Source: Escherichia coli (lineage in GTDB: Bacteria; Pseudomonadota; Gammaproteobacteria; Enterobacterales; Enterobacteriaceae). Taken from it: DNA of 64,000 nt. Made by a program: the position numbers and the translations under genes. Below the pieces are notes generated by a model, which searched no databases, was not told where the DNA came from, and worked only from the letters and a program-made list of their open reading frames with translations. This document shows, one piece after another, positions 13,195 through 25,249 of this stretch; within the stretch, counting starts at the first letter, position 1, and each line of letters opens with the position of its first letter. The stretch lies in assembly GCF_001677475.2 (NCBI RefSeq), contig NZ_CP015229.1; one strand, given 5' to 3'.

Positions 13195-15041
13195 ATGTTG
13201 CTTAATATGATGTGTGGTCGTCGGCTGTCGGCAATCAGTTTGTGCCTGGCCGTAACATTCGCTCCACTGTTCAATGCGCAGGCCGATGAGCCTGAAGTAA
13301 TCCCTGGCGACAGCCCGGTGGCTGTCAGTGAACAGGGCGAGGCACTGCCGCAGGCGCAAGCCACGGCAATTATGGCGGGGATCCAGCCATTGCCTGAAGG
13401 TGCGGCAGAAAAAGCCCGCACGCAAATCGAATCTCAATTACCCGCAGGTTATAAGCCGGTTTATCTTAACCAGCTTCAACTGTTGTATGCCGCACGCGAT
13501 ATGCAACCCATGTGGGAAAACCGTGATGCTGTTAAAGCCTTCCAGCAACAGCTGGCAGAGGTGGCGATTGCCGGTTTCCAGCCGCAGTTTAATAAATGGG
13601 TAGAGTTACTGACCGATCCTGGTGTTAACGGGATGGCACGCGACGTGGTGCTCTCTGATGCAATGATGGGCTATCTCCATTTCATTGCAAATATTCCGGT
13701 CAAAGGCACTCGCTGGCTATATAGCAGTAAACCTTACGCGCTTTCAACGCCGCCGCTCTCGGTGATTAACCAATGGCAACTGGCGCTGGATAAAGGTCAA
13801 TTGCCGACGTTTGTTGCAGGTCTGGCACCGCAGCATCCGCAATATGCAGCGATGCATGAATCGTTACTGGCCTTACTCAGTGACACCAAACCGTGGCCCC
13901 AACTGACCGGCAAAGCAACGTTGCGCCCAGGGCAGTGGAGTAACGACGTACCGGCGTTGCGCGAAATATTGCAACGCACAGGCATGTTGGACGGGGGCCG
14001 AAAATTACGCTGCCTGGCGATGACACGCCAACTGACGCGGTAGTCAGCCCATCCGCTGTTACTGTTGAAACAGCAGAAACTAAGCCGATGGACAAGCAAA
14101 CGACGTCTCGTAGTAAACCTGCGCCTGCCGTTCGTGCTGCCTACGATAATGAACTGGTGGAAGCCGTTAAACGTTTTCAGGCATGGCAAGGATTGGGGGC
14201 AGATGGTGCTATTGGCCCGGCAACGAGGGACTGGTTAAACGTAACGCCCGCCCAGCGTGCAGGCGTGTTGGCACTCAACATCCAGCGATTGCGCTTGCTG
14301 CCAACAGAGCTTTCTACCGGGATCATGGTTAACATTCCGGCCTATTCGCTGGTTTATTATCAGAACGGCAATCAGGTACTGGATTCGCGAGTCATTGTCG
14401 GTCGCCCCGATCGCAAAACGCCGATGATGAGCAGTGCCCTTAACAACGTAGTGGTAAACCCGCCGTGGAACGTACCACCAACTCTGGCACGCAAAGATAT
14501 TCTGCCGAAAGTGCGCAACGATCCGGGATATCTCGAAAGCCATGGCTATACGGTGATGCGCGGCTGGAACAGCAGAGAAGCGATTGACCCATGGCAGGTT
14601 GACTGGTCTACAATCACGGCCTCGAATTTACCGTTCCGCTTCCAGCAGGCTCCAGGCCCACGGAACTCGCTGGGTCGCTATAAATTCAATATGCCGAGTT
14701 CAGAGGCCATTTATTTGCATGACACGCCGAACCACAATCTGTTCAAGCGTGATACACGCGCATTGAGCTCAGGCTGTGTACGAGTGAATAAAGCTTCCGA
14801 TCTGGCGAATATGCTGTTGCAGGATGCAGGCTGGAATGACAAACGTATTTCTGATGCGCTGAAGCAGGGTGATACACGTTACGTCAATATTCGGCAGTCG
14901 ATTCCGGTGAATCTCTACTACCTGACGGCCTTTGTTGGTGCAGATGGTCGTACCCAGTATCGTACAGATATTTACAATTATGATCTGCCTGCGCGATCCA
15001 GCTCGCAAATCGTATCGAAAGCGGAACAATTAATCAGGTAA
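13195..15041 (+). pseudogene. ldtD: L,D-transpeptidase LdtD (YcbB) interrupted by -1 frameshift in a G-run at 13993-13997; fragments 13195-14043 and 14088-15041
   Basis: Two adjacent ORFs in different frames; the second frame is open upstream back across the first ORF's stop and reads the expected continuation; restoring one G gives a 615-aa product; catalytic YkuD domain ([16 protein letters not shown]) lies in the downstream fragment. Confidence 0.8.
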
Positions 15042-15221
15042 ATGAAGTAGTTCGGGGAAATCAGTTGTCGTAATAATTAGCATGATTGGGGGCGATTCTC
15101 TGCAGCCCCCGTCACTGCTGGGGTTGAGTCATCTTGACGTCTGCTTTACGGGCGGTTAAGGTGCCTCTTGTGCGCCAGAAGTGCATATAAACGATAACAT
15201 TGACCTGTAGACTTGATTATC

Positions 15222-15770
15222 ATGGACAAATTCGACGCTAATCGCCGCAAACTGCTGGCGCTTGGTGGCGTTGCACTCGGTGCCGCCATCCTGCCGACCC
15301 CTGCGTTTGCAACACTCTCTACCCCACGCCCGCGCATTTTGACACTCAATAATCTTCATACCGGAGAGTCAATCAAAGCGGAGTTTTTCGATGGCAGAGG
15401 CTATATTCAGGAAGAATTGGCAAAACTTAACCATTTTTTCCGCGATTATCGCGCGAACAAAATAAAGTCCATCGACCCAGGATTGTTCGATCAGTTGTAT
15501 CGCCTGCAAGGGTTATTAGGTACCCGCAAACCGGTGCAACTCATTTCCGGTTATCGTTCCATTGATACCAACAATGAACTACGCGCCCGCAGCCGTGGAG
15601 TAGCGAAGAAAAGCTATCACACGAAAGGGCAGGCGATGGATTTCCATATTGAAGGTATCGCGTTAAGCAATATTCGCAAAGCCGCGTTATCTATGCGCGC
15701 AGGTGGTGTAGGATATTACCCACGTAGTAACTTTGTGCATATTGATACCGGGCCAGCACGGCACTGGTAG
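15222..15770 (+). CDS. mepK: Murein endopeptidase MepK (YcbK), Tat signal peptide
   Basis: ATG at 15222; twin-arginine motif NRRKLLALGG; 182 aa. Confidence 0.8.
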   Translation: MDKFDANRRKLLALGGVALGAAILPTPAFATLSTPRPRILTLNNLHTGESIKAEFFDGRGYIQEELAKLNHFFRDYRANKIKSIDPGLFDQLYRLQGLLGTRKPVQLISGYRSIDTNNELRARSRGVAKKSYHTKGQAMDFHIEGIALSNIRKAALSMRAGGVGYYPRSNFVHIDTGPARHW

Positions 15771-15796
15771 CAATCGCTTAACGAAACAGGGGCAGT

Positions 15797-16444
15797 ATGA
15801 ACTATCGTATTATTCCGGTCACCGCATTCTCCCAGAACTGTTCATTGATCTGGTGTGAACAAACCCGTCTGGCCGCACTGGTCGATCCTGGCGGCGATGC
15901 GGAAAAAATCAAACAGGAAGTTGACGCCAGCGGCCTGACACTGATGCAGATCCTGCTGACGCATGGTCATCTGGACCACGTTGGTGCAGCGACGGAACTG
16001 GCGCAACATTACGGCGTGCCGGTTTTTGGCCCGGAAAAAGAAGATGAGTTCTGGCTGCAAGGCTTGCCTGCGCAAAGTCGTATGTTTGGGCTGGAAGAGT
16101 GCCAGCCGCTGACGCCAGATCGTTGGCTGAACGAAGGCGATACCATCAGCATAGGGAATGTGACTTTACAGGTGTTACATTGCCCTGGGCATACGCCGGG
16201 TCATGTCGTGTTTTTTGATGAGCGGGCAAAGCTGCTGATTTCTGGCGATGTTATTTTCAAAGGCGGAGTAGGGCGCAGTGACTTCCCGCGTGGCGATCAT
16301 AATCAACTGATTTCTTCAATCAAAGATAAATTGCTGCCACTGGGGGATGACGTGACATTTATTCCGGGTCACGGACCATTATCCACACTTGGTTATGAAC
16401 GCCTGCATAATCCCTTCCTGCAAGACGAAATGCCCGTCTGGTAA
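15797..16444 (+). CDS. gloC: Metallo-beta-lactamase-fold hydroxyacylglutathione hydrolase GloC (YcbL)
   Basis: 215 aa; metal-binding THGHLDH motif. Confidence 0.8.
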   Translation: MNYRIIPVTAFSQNCSLIWCEQTRLAALVDPGGDAEKIKQEVDASGLTLMQILLTHGHLDHVGAATELAQHYGVPVFGPEKEDEFWLQGLPAQSRMFGLEECQPLTPDRWLNEGDTISIGNVTLQVLHCPGHTPGHVVFFDERAKLLISGDVIFKGGVGRSDFPRGDHNQLISSIKDKLLPLGDDVTFIPGHGPLSTLGYERLHNPFLQDEMPVW

Positions 16445-16455
16445 GGCACACATAA

Positions 16456-16487
16456 AAAAGCCCGCTTTTCAGCGGGCTTCATTGTTT
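16456..16487. terminator. Bidirectional hairpin terminator between convergent gloC and aspC
   Basis: aagcccgct-tttc-agcgggctt with A/T runs on both sides. Confidence 0.75.
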
Positions 16488-16494
16488 TTAACGC

Positions 16495-17685
16495 TTACAG
16501 CACTGCCACAATCGCTTCGCACAGCGGAGCCATGTTATCTGGTGTCATCCCGGCCACGTTTACGCGACCAGAAGCAACAGCATACACGCCAAACTCTTCG
16601 CGCAGACGCAGCACTTGTTCTTTTGTCAGGCCACTGAAGGAGAACATGCCGTTCTGTTTGATGATAAAGCTGAAGTCGCGGTTTGCGCCTTTTTCCTGCA
16701 GCGTATTGACGAACAACTGACGCATACGCTGAATACGCTGGCGCATATCAGTCAGCTCTTGTTCCCAAATCGCACGTAACGCATCGTTGCTCAGGATGGT
16801 GGCAACAACAGAAGCGCCGTGTGCTGGTGGGTTAGAGTAGTTAGCGCGAATCGCCGCTTTCATTTGGCTGAATGCGCGATCAACGGTTTCACTGTCGGCA
16901 GCAACCAGAGTACAAGCGCCAACACGCTCGTTGTACAGGCCAAAGTTTTTAGAGTAGGAACTGGCAACAATCAGCTCTTTATGCATAGCCGCGAAAGCGC
17001 GCAGTCCTTCAGCATCTTCTTCCAGACCACGGGCAAAACCCTGGTAAGCGAAGTCAAACAGCGGTAACCAGCCTTTCTCAACGGAGAGTTGTGCCAGTGT
17101 CTGCCATTGTTCCAGCGTAGGGTCGATACCGGTTGGGTTATGGCAGCAGCCATGGAACAGCACTACGTCGCCAGCCTGAGCTTCGTTCAGGCTGTTAATC
17201 AGTGCATCGAAGTCAAGGGTGTGGTTTTCCGCATCATAATAAGCGTATTCACGAACTTCCAGACCTGCAGAGTTAAAGACGCTCTTATGGTTCGGCCAGC
17301 TTGGGTTGCTCACCCACACACGCTTAACGCTGGTATTTTTTGCCAGGAAATCGGCAGCCACGCGTAGTGCGCCAGTGCCACCCGGAGTCTGTGCCGTGCG
17401 AGCACGTTTGTCATTGATCAGGGCGCTACCTTTACCAAACAGCAGTTCCTGAGTGCAGCGACCAAATTCAGGGATGCCGTCAATGCCGAGGTAATTTTTG
17501 GTGGTTTCATTTTCGAGCAGATACTGTTCAGCCTTTTTCACGCTGGTCAGTACCGGGGTTTTGCCCGTCTCATCTTTATAGACACCAATCCCGAGGTTAA
17601 TTTTGCCGGGACGTTCATCGGCACGAAACAGATCGGCCAGGCCCAGAATCGGGTCGGCAGGAGCGGCGGTAATGTTCTCAAACAT
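16495..17685 (-). CDS. aspC: Aspartate aminotransferase
   Basis: 396 aa; PLP-lysine context [14 protein letters not shown]. Confidence 0.95.
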   Translation of the reverse strand: MFENITAAPADPILGLADLFRADERPGKINLGIGVYKDETGKTPVLTSVKKAEQYLLENETTKNYLGIDGIPEFGRCTQELLFGKGSALINDKRARTAQTPGGTGALRVAADFLAKNTSVKRVWVSNPSWPNHKSVFNSAGLEVREYAYYDAENHTLDFDALINSLNEAQAGDVVLFHGCCHNPTGIDPTLEQWQTLAQLSVEKGWLPLFDFAYQGFARGLEEDAEGLRAFAAMHKELIVASSYSKNFGLYNERVGACTLVAADSETVDRAFSQMKAAIRANYSNPPAHGASVVATILSNDALRAIWEQELTDMRQRIQRMRQLFVNTLQEKGANRDFSFIIKQNGMFSFSGLTKEQVLRLREEFGVYAVASGRVNVAGMTPDNMAPLCEAIVAVL

Positions 17686-17811
17686 GACGAGGTTCCATTA
17701 TGGTTACAGAAGGGAAGTCCGCTATCAGGGTAACGGGAGATTTACAAAATTCCAACTATTACTGATGAAAACGCAGGCTGTTTTTGCAAGACGTGAGATT
17801 GCTCTGGAAGG

Positions 17812-17845
17812 CATAAAAAAAACAGGACCAACGTCCTGTTTTTTC
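17812..17845 (-). terminator. Rho-independent terminator of ompF
   Basis: caggac-caac-gtcctg hairpin with T8 run on minus strand immediately after ompF stop. Confidence 0.8.
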
Positions 17846-17869
17846 GGCATTTAACAAAGAGGTGTGCTA

Positions 17870-18958
17870 TTAGAACTGGTAAACGATACCCACAGCAACG
17901 GTGTCGTCAGAACCTACGCCCAGTTTGTTGTCAGAATCGATCTGGTTGATGATGTAGTCAACATAGGTGGACATGTTTTTGTTGAAGTAGTAGGTTGCGC
18001 CCACTTCAAAGTAGTTCACCAGATCAACATCACCGATACCTTCTACGTCTTTCGCTTTAGATTTGGTGTAAGCGATGGACGGACGCAGACCGAAATCGAA
18101 CTGGTATTGCGCAACTAACAGAACGTCTTGCGTTTTGTTGGCGAAGCCGCTGATGTTTGTAAATTTATTAGTGATCGGCGTAGCGTTACGGGTTTCACCG
18201 TAGTTCGCTGCCAGGTAGATGTTGTTCGCGTCATACTTCAGACCAGTAGCCCACTGTTCAGCTTTTTTACCGTTGCCAAGAAGTTGAGCTTCTTGCAGGT
18301 TGGTACGGTCAGCTGCGCCATAAGCACCAACGATACCAAAGCCTTCGTATTCGTAGCTGATAGAACCGCCAACACCGTCGCCGTTAGAACGGCGTGCAGA
18401 GTCACGCTCGTTTTTACCCAGGTACTGAACAGCGAAGTTCAGGCCATCAACCAGACCAAAGAAGTTGGAGTTACGATAGGTAGCAACGCCGCCAACACGA
18501 CCAACGAAGAAGTCATCGCTGTATGCAGTATCACCACCAAATTCTGGCAGCATATCGGTGTAACCCAGTGCATCATAAACCACACCGTAGTTACGGCCGT
18601 AATCGAAAGAACCAACGTCAGCGTATTTAAGACCCGCGAATGCCAGACGCGTTTTGTTACCAGTTTGAGCGTCAGCGCCTTCAGAGTTGTTACCCTGGAA
18701 GTTATATTCCCACTGACCATAACCGGTCAGATCGGAATTGATTTGAGTTTCCCCTTTAAAACCAAGACGGGCATAGGTCATGTCGCCATTGCCACCGTAA
18801 CTGTTTTCACCGTTACCCTTGGAGAAATAATGCAGACCGACAGCTTTACCGTACAGATCTACTTTGTTGCCATCTTTGTTATAGATTTCTGCAGCGTTTG
18901 CAGTACCTGCTACTAACAGAGCAGGGACGGTCACTGCCAGAATATTGCGCTTCATCAT
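17870..18958 (-). CDS. ompF: Outer membrane porin OmpF
   Basis: 362 aa; signal peptide [22 protein letters not shown]; C-terminal VGIVYQF. Confidence 0.95.
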   Translation of the reverse strand: MMKRNILAVTVPALLVAGTANAAEIYNKDGNKVDLYGKAVGLHYFSKGNGENSYGGNGDMTYARLGFKGETQINSDLTGYGQWEYNFQGNNSEGADAQTGNKTRLAFAGLKYADVGSFDYGRNYGVVYDALGYTDMLPEFGGDTAYSDDFFVGRVGGVATYRNSNFFGLVDGLNFAVQYLGKNERDSARRSNGDGVGGSISYEYEGFGIVGAYGAADRTNLQEAQLLGNGKKAEQWATGLKYDANNIYLAANYGETRNATPITNKFTNISGFANKTQDVLLVAQYQFDFGLRPSIAYTKSKAKDVEGIGDVDLVNYFEVGATYYFNKNMSTYVDYIINQIDSDNKLGVGSDDTVAVGIVYQF

Positions 18959-19102
18959 TATTTATTACCCTCATGGTTTTTTTATGACACCTGCCACTGC
19001 CGCCAATAAGTTCTGTCAATAAAAATTTACGGAACTATTGATGAGAGTTTGGTGTCTTTATGTGTCTGCAGGCATCTTTCCATTCAAACTAACGTTTCGC
19101 TA

Positions 19103-19167
19103 CCGTGAAAGTGCTACAAAGATAAAGATTTGGTTTCAGAAAGAAAAAATATGTAACCAAAAGTAAA
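19103..19167 (-). promoter_or_regulatory. ompF promoter-proximal OmpR binding sites (F1-F2-F3 boxes)
   Basis: Minus strand reads TTTACTTTTGGTTACATATTT...TTTCTGAAACCAAATCTTTATCTTTGTAGCACTTTCACGG, matching the recalled OmpR box sequence upstream of ompF; long AT-rich 600-bp upstream region. Confidence 0.7.
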
Positions 19168-19518
19168 AATTAAGGAACTTTGTGAACACCGTCATATTTC
19201 CATAGAGATGTGATGATATTTACAGCAATTTTTATCTATTTATATGATTTCCTTATATTTAAATTAACTAAACGGAAATTTTGTTTCTGATGGAAACTTT
19301 ATCGACCTGGCACAAAATCCTCTTTCAGACATCCAGAATGCCAAAAAATAGTATGAAAATTGTGCTATCAGCTAAGAAAAAACTAATCCGCAATAAGAAT
19401 GCGGGTTATTTTTTGTGCGTAAATGTTGCAATGTAATATTCCGTAACAGGATAATCGTTATGGCGGGGTTGCAAATAGATTGCTTGACTTAACAAACAGA
19501 TAACTTGACAGAAAGGAT

Positions 19519-19545
19519 AAAAAAGAGCCAGCGGGCGCTGGCTCT
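19519..19545 (-). terminator. Rho-independent terminator of asnS
   Basis: agagccagcg / cgctggctct stem followed by T5 on minus strand. Confidence 0.75.
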
Positions 19546-19558
19546 TGAAGACGCTAAA

Positions 19559-20959
19559 TTAGAAGCTGGCGTTACGCGGAGTACGTGGGAACGGAATCAC
19601 ATCACGCACGTTTTGCACACCAGTTACGTAAGCAATCAGGCGTTCAAAACCAAGACCGAAACCTGAATGCGGAACAGTACCGTAGCGACGCAGATCGCGA
19701 TACCACCAGTAATCTTCTTTATTCAGGCCCATTTCCAGCATACGCTCGTCCAGCACGTCCAGACGTTCTTCACGCTGGGAGCCACCAATGATCTCACCGA
19801 TGCCCGGAGCCAGAACGTCCATAGCCGCAACGGTTTTACCGTCTTCGTTAAGGCGCATATAGAACGCTTTAATATCTTTCGGATAGTTTTTAACCACTAC
19901 CGGTGCTTTAAAGTGTTCTTCCGCCAGATAACGCTCATGCTCAGAAGAGAGATCGACTCCCCAGTAAACCGGGTTTTCAAACTTCCTGCCGCAGTTTTCG
20001 AGAATTGTCACTGCGTCGGTATAATCCACCTGCGCGAAATCGGCCTCAATGAAGCGTTCCAGACGTGAAACGGCATCTTTATCTACGCGTTCAGCGAAGA
20101 ATTTCATGTCGTCAGCGCGTTCTTCGAGAACCGCTTTGAAGACATATTTCAGCATGGCTTCAGCCAGACCTGCGATATCGTTCAGGTTAGCAAACGCCAC
20201 TTCCGGCTCCAGCATCCAGAATTCCGCCAGGTGACGGCTGGTGTTGGAGTTTTCAGCACGGAAAGTCGGGCCGAAGGTATAAATTTTGGATAATGCGCAA
20301 GCGTAGGTTTCGCCGTTCAACTGGCCAGATACGGTCAGGAAAGACTCTTTACCAAAGAAGTCTTTGTCGAAATCCACTTTGCCCTGATCGTTACGCGGCA
20401 GGTTTTCCAGATCCAGCGTAGAAACGCGGAACATTTCGCCAGCCCCTTCGGTATCAGACGCAGTAATCAGTGGCGTTGAAACCCAGAAGAATCCCTGCTC
20501 GTTAAAGAAGCGATGCAGCGCCTGCGCCAGCGTATGGCGAACGCGCGCGACGGCACCAATCAGGTTTGTGCGCGGACGCAGGTGAGCGACTTCGCGCAGA
20601 TACTCTATGCTGTGGCGTTTTGCCGCCATCGGGTAAGTGTCTGGATCTTCAACCCAACCAGCAACTTCAACCTTGCTGGCCTGAATTTCAAATTGTTGCC
20701 CCTGGCCCGGCGACGCCACGACTTTACCCGTCACAATGACCGAGCAGCCGGTGGTCAGACGCAGGACGTCTTCATTGTAATTGGGCAGAGAATTATTGAT
20801 GACAGCCTGTACAGGATCAAAGCAGGAACCGTCATAAACGGCGAGGAAGGAGATGCCAGCTTTTGAATCTCGGCGGGTACGTACCCATCCGCGTACGGTG
20901 ACTTCGCTGTCAACGGCTACGCGGCCCTGGAGTACGTCGGCTACAGGCACAACGCTCAT
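19559..20959 (-). CDS. asnS: Asparagine--tRNA ligase
   Basis: ATG at 20959 ([13 protein letters not shown]), 466 aa; class II aaRS motifs ([13 protein letters not shown]). Confidence 0.95.
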
Positions 20960-21093
20960 AATATTCTCTCTGTTAATAGTCGGAAAAAATAAACACTTGT
21001 CCACCCGTAAATGGGGGGATACCTATGTTACCTGGCATCTGCAATCAGACAAGCAGAATTCGCAAATGCAGCGAAAGATTTCGGAATTAAAGG

Positions 21094-21120
21094 TAAAAAA
21101 AGGGAGCCGATTAGCTCCCT
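21094..21120 (-). terminator. Rho-independent terminator of pncB
   Basis: gggagc-taatcg-gctccc hairpin followed by T7 on minus strand. Confidence 0.75.
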
Positions 21121-21127
21121 GATGATA

Positions 21128-22330
21128 TTAACTGGCTTTTTTAATATGCGGAAGGTCGAACGCTTTGCGCAGCGCCCGAACAAACGCTTTATCGTGGCAG
21201 ATAGTTTTGCCAGGGCTGTCAGAAAGTTTCGCCACCGGTTTACCGTTACACTCTACCAACTTAATCACAATATTCAGGGGTTTTACCTGGGGGATATCGC
21301 AGGTCAGGCGAGTCCCAATACCAAAACTTAATTGCACGCGGGAAGAGAAGTGGCGGTATAGCTCAACCGCTTTGCGTAAATCCAGATTGTCAGAGAAAAC
21401 CAGCGTTTTACTCTGTGGATCAATTCCCAGCTTTTTATAATGTGCAATGGCTTTTTCACCCCATTCAACCGGGTCGCCAGAGTCATGACGCAGGCCCTGG
21501 TACCGACTAGCGAACTCGACACCGAAATCACGCAGGAAAGCATCCATAGTGATGCAGTCGGTTAATGCAATGCCAAGTTGGTCGGGATATTCTTCCAGCC
21601 AGGCAGCAAGTGCAGCTCGCTGGCTGTTGGCTAGATCCGGGCTGATTTGCTGATGTGCCTGGAACCATTCGTGTGCCTGTGTTCCCATCGGCGTGAGGGA
21701 AAGCCGACGCGCCAGATCGTAGTTGCTGGTGCCCACGAACCAGGATTCCTGTTGCAGACGCTTAACGATGGTTTCTTGTACTTCGCGAGAAAAACGGCGA
21801 CGGGTGCCAAAATCCATCAGATGGAAGCGCGACATATCAAGGCCGGCGGTTAACGCCGAGAAGTCGACTAATTTGCTTTCCAGCGTGTCGAGGGCTTGCG
21901 CAACGTCGGCCTGCGGTGAGCGATAGCGATGTACCATTTCACTGATAACCGCCAGCAAAGGAACTTCCCAGAGGATGACTTCACGCCACGGGCCGCTTAA
22001 ACGAATATCCAGCTTGCCATTATCGTTGGACACGGTGACTTGTTCCGGGTTAAAGCGGAACTCGCGTAGCCAGTTAAGATAGTCGGCTTTAAAGAAAGGC
22101 AGGACAGAGAGCCACTGATATTCATCATCCTGCAGGCGCAGGTACTGCATCGCCTGAACCTGTTCACGAATAGCATCGGCATAAATACCCAGCAGATCGT
22201 CACCTCGGCAACGAAACTCCGCCGCGACATGCACATCGTAATAGTGATGAAACACGGCTTGCTGCATATGCAACTTATAAGCATCTGTATCCAGCAACGA
22301 GTGCAGAACAGGAGAAGCGAATTGTGTCAT
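21128..22330 (-). CDS. pncB: Nicotinate phosphoribosyltransferase
   Basis: ATG at 22330 ([19 protein letters not shown]), 400 aa. Confidence 0.9.
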   Translation of the reverse strand: MTQFASPVLHSLLDTDAYKLHMQQAVFHHYYDVHVAAEFRCRGDDLLGIYADAIREQVQAMQYLRLQDDEYQWLSVLPFFKADYLNWLREFRFNPEQVTVSNDNGKLDIRLSGPWREVILWEVPLLAVISEMVHRYRSPQADVAQALDTLESKLVDFSALTAGLDMSRFHLMDFGTRRRFSREVQETIVKRLQQESWFVGTSNYDLARRLSLTPMGTQAHEWFQAHQQISPDLANSQRAALAAWLEEYPDQLGIALTDCITMDAFLRDFGVEFASRYQGLRHDSGDPVEWGEKAIAHYKKLGIDPQSKTLVFSDNLDLRKAVELYRHFSSRVQLSFGIGTRLTCDIPQVKPLNIVIKLVECNGKPVAKLSDSPGKTICHDKAFVRALRKAFDLPHIKKAS

Positions 22331-22595
22331 AGGTGCGCAGTAGCGTCCTCGTACAGGAGCGTTTAGTACAATAAACATCTTCAGGAACTGCTGGAGTATA
22401 CCTTGTTTCGCAATTTATTGAACCCCGATCACACCATATGCCACCTTTCTGGTCGATGGCATTACGCGGTGTATGTTATAAAAATGTAGCAATAAAGGCG
22501 TTTGTACCTGAAAAGATGAAGATTCTGCATAGCGCGATTTACGCAACAGGAATAGACTGAACACCAGACTCTATAAAAGATGCTAAAGGTTATTT

Positions 22596-25208
22596 ATGAC
22601 TCAACAGCCACAAGCCAAATACCGTCACGATTATCGTGCGCCGGATTACCAGATTACTGATATTGACTTGACCTTTGACCTCGACGCGCAAAAGACGGTC
22701 GTTACCGCGGTCAGCCAGGCTGTCCGTCATGGTGCATCAGATGCTCCGCTTCGTCTCAACGGCGAAGACCTCAAACTGGTTTCTGTTCATATTAATGATG
22801 AGCCGTGGACCGCCTGGAAAGAAGAAGAGGGCGCACTGGTCATCAGTAATTTGCCGGAGCATTTTACGCTTAAGATCGTTAATGAAATTAGCCCGGCGGC
22901 GAATACTGCGCTGGAAGGGCTTTATCAGTCAGGCGATGCGCTTTGCACCCAGTGTGAAGCCGAAGGTTTCCGCCACATTACGTATTATCTCGACCGCCCG
23001 GACGTGCTGGCGCGTTTTACCACCAAAATTATTGCCGATAAAACCAAATATCCCTTCCTGCTTTCCAACGGTAACCGCGTTGCGCAAGGCGAACTGGAAA
23101 ACGGACGTCACTGGGTACAGTGGCAGGACCCGTTCCCGAAACCGTGCTACCTGTTTGCGCTGGTGGCAGGCGACTTCGACGTGCTGCGCGACACCTTTAC
23201 CACGCGTTCTGGTCGCGAAGTAGCACTGGAGCTGTTCGTCGATCGCGGCAACCTTGATCGCGCGCCGTGGGCGATGACCTCGCTGAAAAACTCAATGAAA
23301 TGGGATGAAGAGCGCTTCGGCCTGGAGTATGACCTCGACATCTATATGATCGTCGCGGTGGACTTCTTTAATATGGGCGCAATGGAGAATAAAGGTCTGA
23401 ATATCTTTAACTCCAAATATGTGCTGGCCCGTACCGACACCGCCACCGATAAAGATTACCTCGATATTGAGCGTGTTATTGGTCACGAATATTTCCACAA
23501 CTGGACCGGTAACCGTGTGACCTGCCGCGACTGGTTCCAGCTCAGCCTGAAAGAAGGTTTAACCGTCTTCCGCGATCAGGAGTTCAGCTCTGACCTTGGT
23601 TCCCGTGCAGTTAACCGCATCAATAATGTGCGCACCATGCGCGGATTGCAGTTTGCGGAAGACGCCAGCCCGATGGCGCATCCAATCCGCCCGGATATGG
23701 TCATTGAGATGAACAACTTCTACACCCTGACCGTTTACGAGAAGGGCGCGGAAGTGATTCGCATGATCCACACCCTGCTTGGCGAAGAAAACTTCCAGAA
23801 AGGGATGCAGCTCTATTTCGAGCGCCATGATGGCAGCGCGGCAACCTGCGACGACTTTGTTCAGGCGATGGAAGATGCGTCGAATGTCGATCTCTCTCAT
23901 TTCCGCCGTTGGTACAGCCAGTCCGGTACGCCGGTTGTGACCGTCAAAGACGACTATAATCCGGAAACAGAGCAGTACACCCTGACCATCAGCCAGCGCA
24001 CGCCAGCTACGCCGGATCAGGCAGAAAAACAACCGCTGCATATTCCGTTTGCCATCGAACTGTATGATAACGAAGGCAAAGTGATCCCGTTGCAGAAAGG
24101 CGGCCATCCGGTGAATTCCGTGCTGAACGTCACCCAGGCGGAACAGACCTTTGTCTTTGATAATGTCTACTTCCAGCCGGTGCCTGCGCTGCTGTGCGAA
24201 TTCTCTGCGCCAGTGAAACTGGAATATAAGTGGAGCGATCAGCAACTGACCTTCCTGATGCGTCATGCGCGTAATGATTTCTCCCGTTGGGATGCGGCGC
24301 AAAGCCTGCTGGCAACCTACATCAAGCTGAACGTCGCGCGTCATCAGCAAGGTCAGCCGCTGTCTCTGCCAGTGCATGTGGCCGACGCTTTCCGCGCGGT
24401 ACTGCTTGATGAGAAGATTGATCCGGCTCTGGCGGCAGAAATCCTGACGCTGCCTTCCGTCAATGAAATGGCTGAACTGTTCGATATCATCGACCCGATT
24501 GCTATTGCCGAAGTACGCGAAGCACTCACTCGTACTCTGGCGACTGAACTGGCGGATGAGCTGCTGGCTATTTACAACGCGAATTACCAGAGCGAGTACC
24601 GCGTTGAGCATGAAGATATTGCAAAACGCACTCTGCGTAATGCCTGCCTGCGTTTCCTCGCTTTTGGTGAAACGCATCTGGCTGATGTGCTGGTGAGCAA
24701 GCAGTTCCACGAAGCAAACAATATGACTGATGCGCTGGCGGCGCTTTCTGCGGCGGTTGCTGCACAGCTGCCTTGCCGTGACGCGCTGATGCAGGAGTAC
24801 GACGACAAGTGGCATCAGGATGGTCTGGTGATGGATAAATGGTTTATCCTGCAAGCCACCAGCCCGGCGGCGAATGTGCTGGAGACGGTGCGTGGCCTGT
24901 TGCAGCATCGCTCATTTACCATGAGCAACCCGAACCGTATTCGTTCGTTGATTGGTGCGTTTGCGGGCAGCAACCCGGCAGCGTTCCATGCCGAAGATGG
25001 CAGCGGTTACCAGTTCCTGGTGGAAATGCTTACCGACCTCAACAGCCGTAACCCGCAGGTGGCTTCACGCCTGATTGAGCCGCTGATTCGCCTGAAACGT
25101 TACGATGCCAAACGTCAGGAGAAAATGCGCGCGGCGCTGGAGCAGTTGAAAGGGCTGGAAAATCTCTCTGGCGATCTGTACGAGAAGATCACCAAAGCAC
25201 TGGCTTAA
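22596..25208 (+). CDS. pepN: Aminopeptidase N (M1 zinc metallopeptidase)
   Basis: 870 aa; GAMEN motif and HEYFHNWTGN...E zinc-binding motif. Confidence 0.95.
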   Translation: MTQQPQAKYRHDYRAPDYQITDIDLTFDLDAQKTVVTAVSQAVRHGASDAPLRLNGEDLKLVSVHINDEPWTAWKEEEGALVISNLPEHFTLKIVNEISPAANTALEGLYQSGDALCTQCEAEGFRHITYYLDRPDVLARFTTKIIADKTKYPFLLSNGNRVAQGELENGRHWVQWQDPFPKPCYLFALVAGDFDVLRDTFTTRSGREVALELFVDRGNLDRAPWAMTSLKNSMKWDEERFGLEYDLDIYMIVAVDFFNMGAMENKGLNIFNSKYVLARTDTATDKDYLDIERVIGHEYFHNWTGNRVTCRDWFQLSLKEGLTVFRDQEFSSDLGSRAVNRINNVRTMRGLQFAEDASPMAHPIRPDMVIEMNNFYTLTVYEKGAEVIRMIHTLLGEENFQKGMQLYFERHDGSAATCDDFVQAMEDASNVDLSHFRRWYSQSGTPVVTVKDDYNPETEQYTLTISQRTPATPDQAEKQPLHIPFAIELYDNEGKVIPLQKGGHPVNSVLNVTQAEQTFVFDNVYFQPVPALLCEFSAPVKLEYKWSDQQLTFLMRHARNDFSRWDAAQSLLATYIKLNVARHQQGQPLSLPVHVADAFRAVLLDEKIDPALAAEILTLPSVNEMAELFDIIDPIAIAEVREALTRTLATELADELLAIYNANYQSEYRVEHEDIAKRTLRNACLRFLAFGETHLADVLVSKQFHEANNMTDALAALSAAVAAQLPCRDALMQEYDDKWHQDGLVMDKWFILQATSPAANVLETVRGLLQHRSFTMSNPNRIRSLIGAFAGSNPAAFHAEDGSGYQFLVEMLTDLNSRNPQVASRLIEPLIRLKRYDAKRQEKMRAALEQLKGLENLSGDLYEKITKALA

Positions 25209-25249
25209 AAAATAACCGAATGGCGGCAATAGCGCCGCCATTCGGGAAT
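25209..25249. terminator. Bidirectional terminator between convergent pepN and ssuB
   Basis: 12-bp perfect stem ccgaatggcggc / gccgccattcgg. Confidence 0.75.

Noticed and set aside
13195-15041. Treating the two ldtD fragments as two independent genes
   Set aside because: The downstream frame is open upstream across the first ORF's stop and a single-base change fuses them into one gene of the expected length
23559-24908. Long antisense ORFs inside core genes (449 aa in pepN, 396 aa in rlmL at 33273-34463, 294 aa in mukF, 275 aa in mukB, 262 aa in ompF)
   Set aside because: The sense-strand products carry recognisable family motifs and match expected gene lengths; long antisense ORFs are common in coding sequence with rare stop codons
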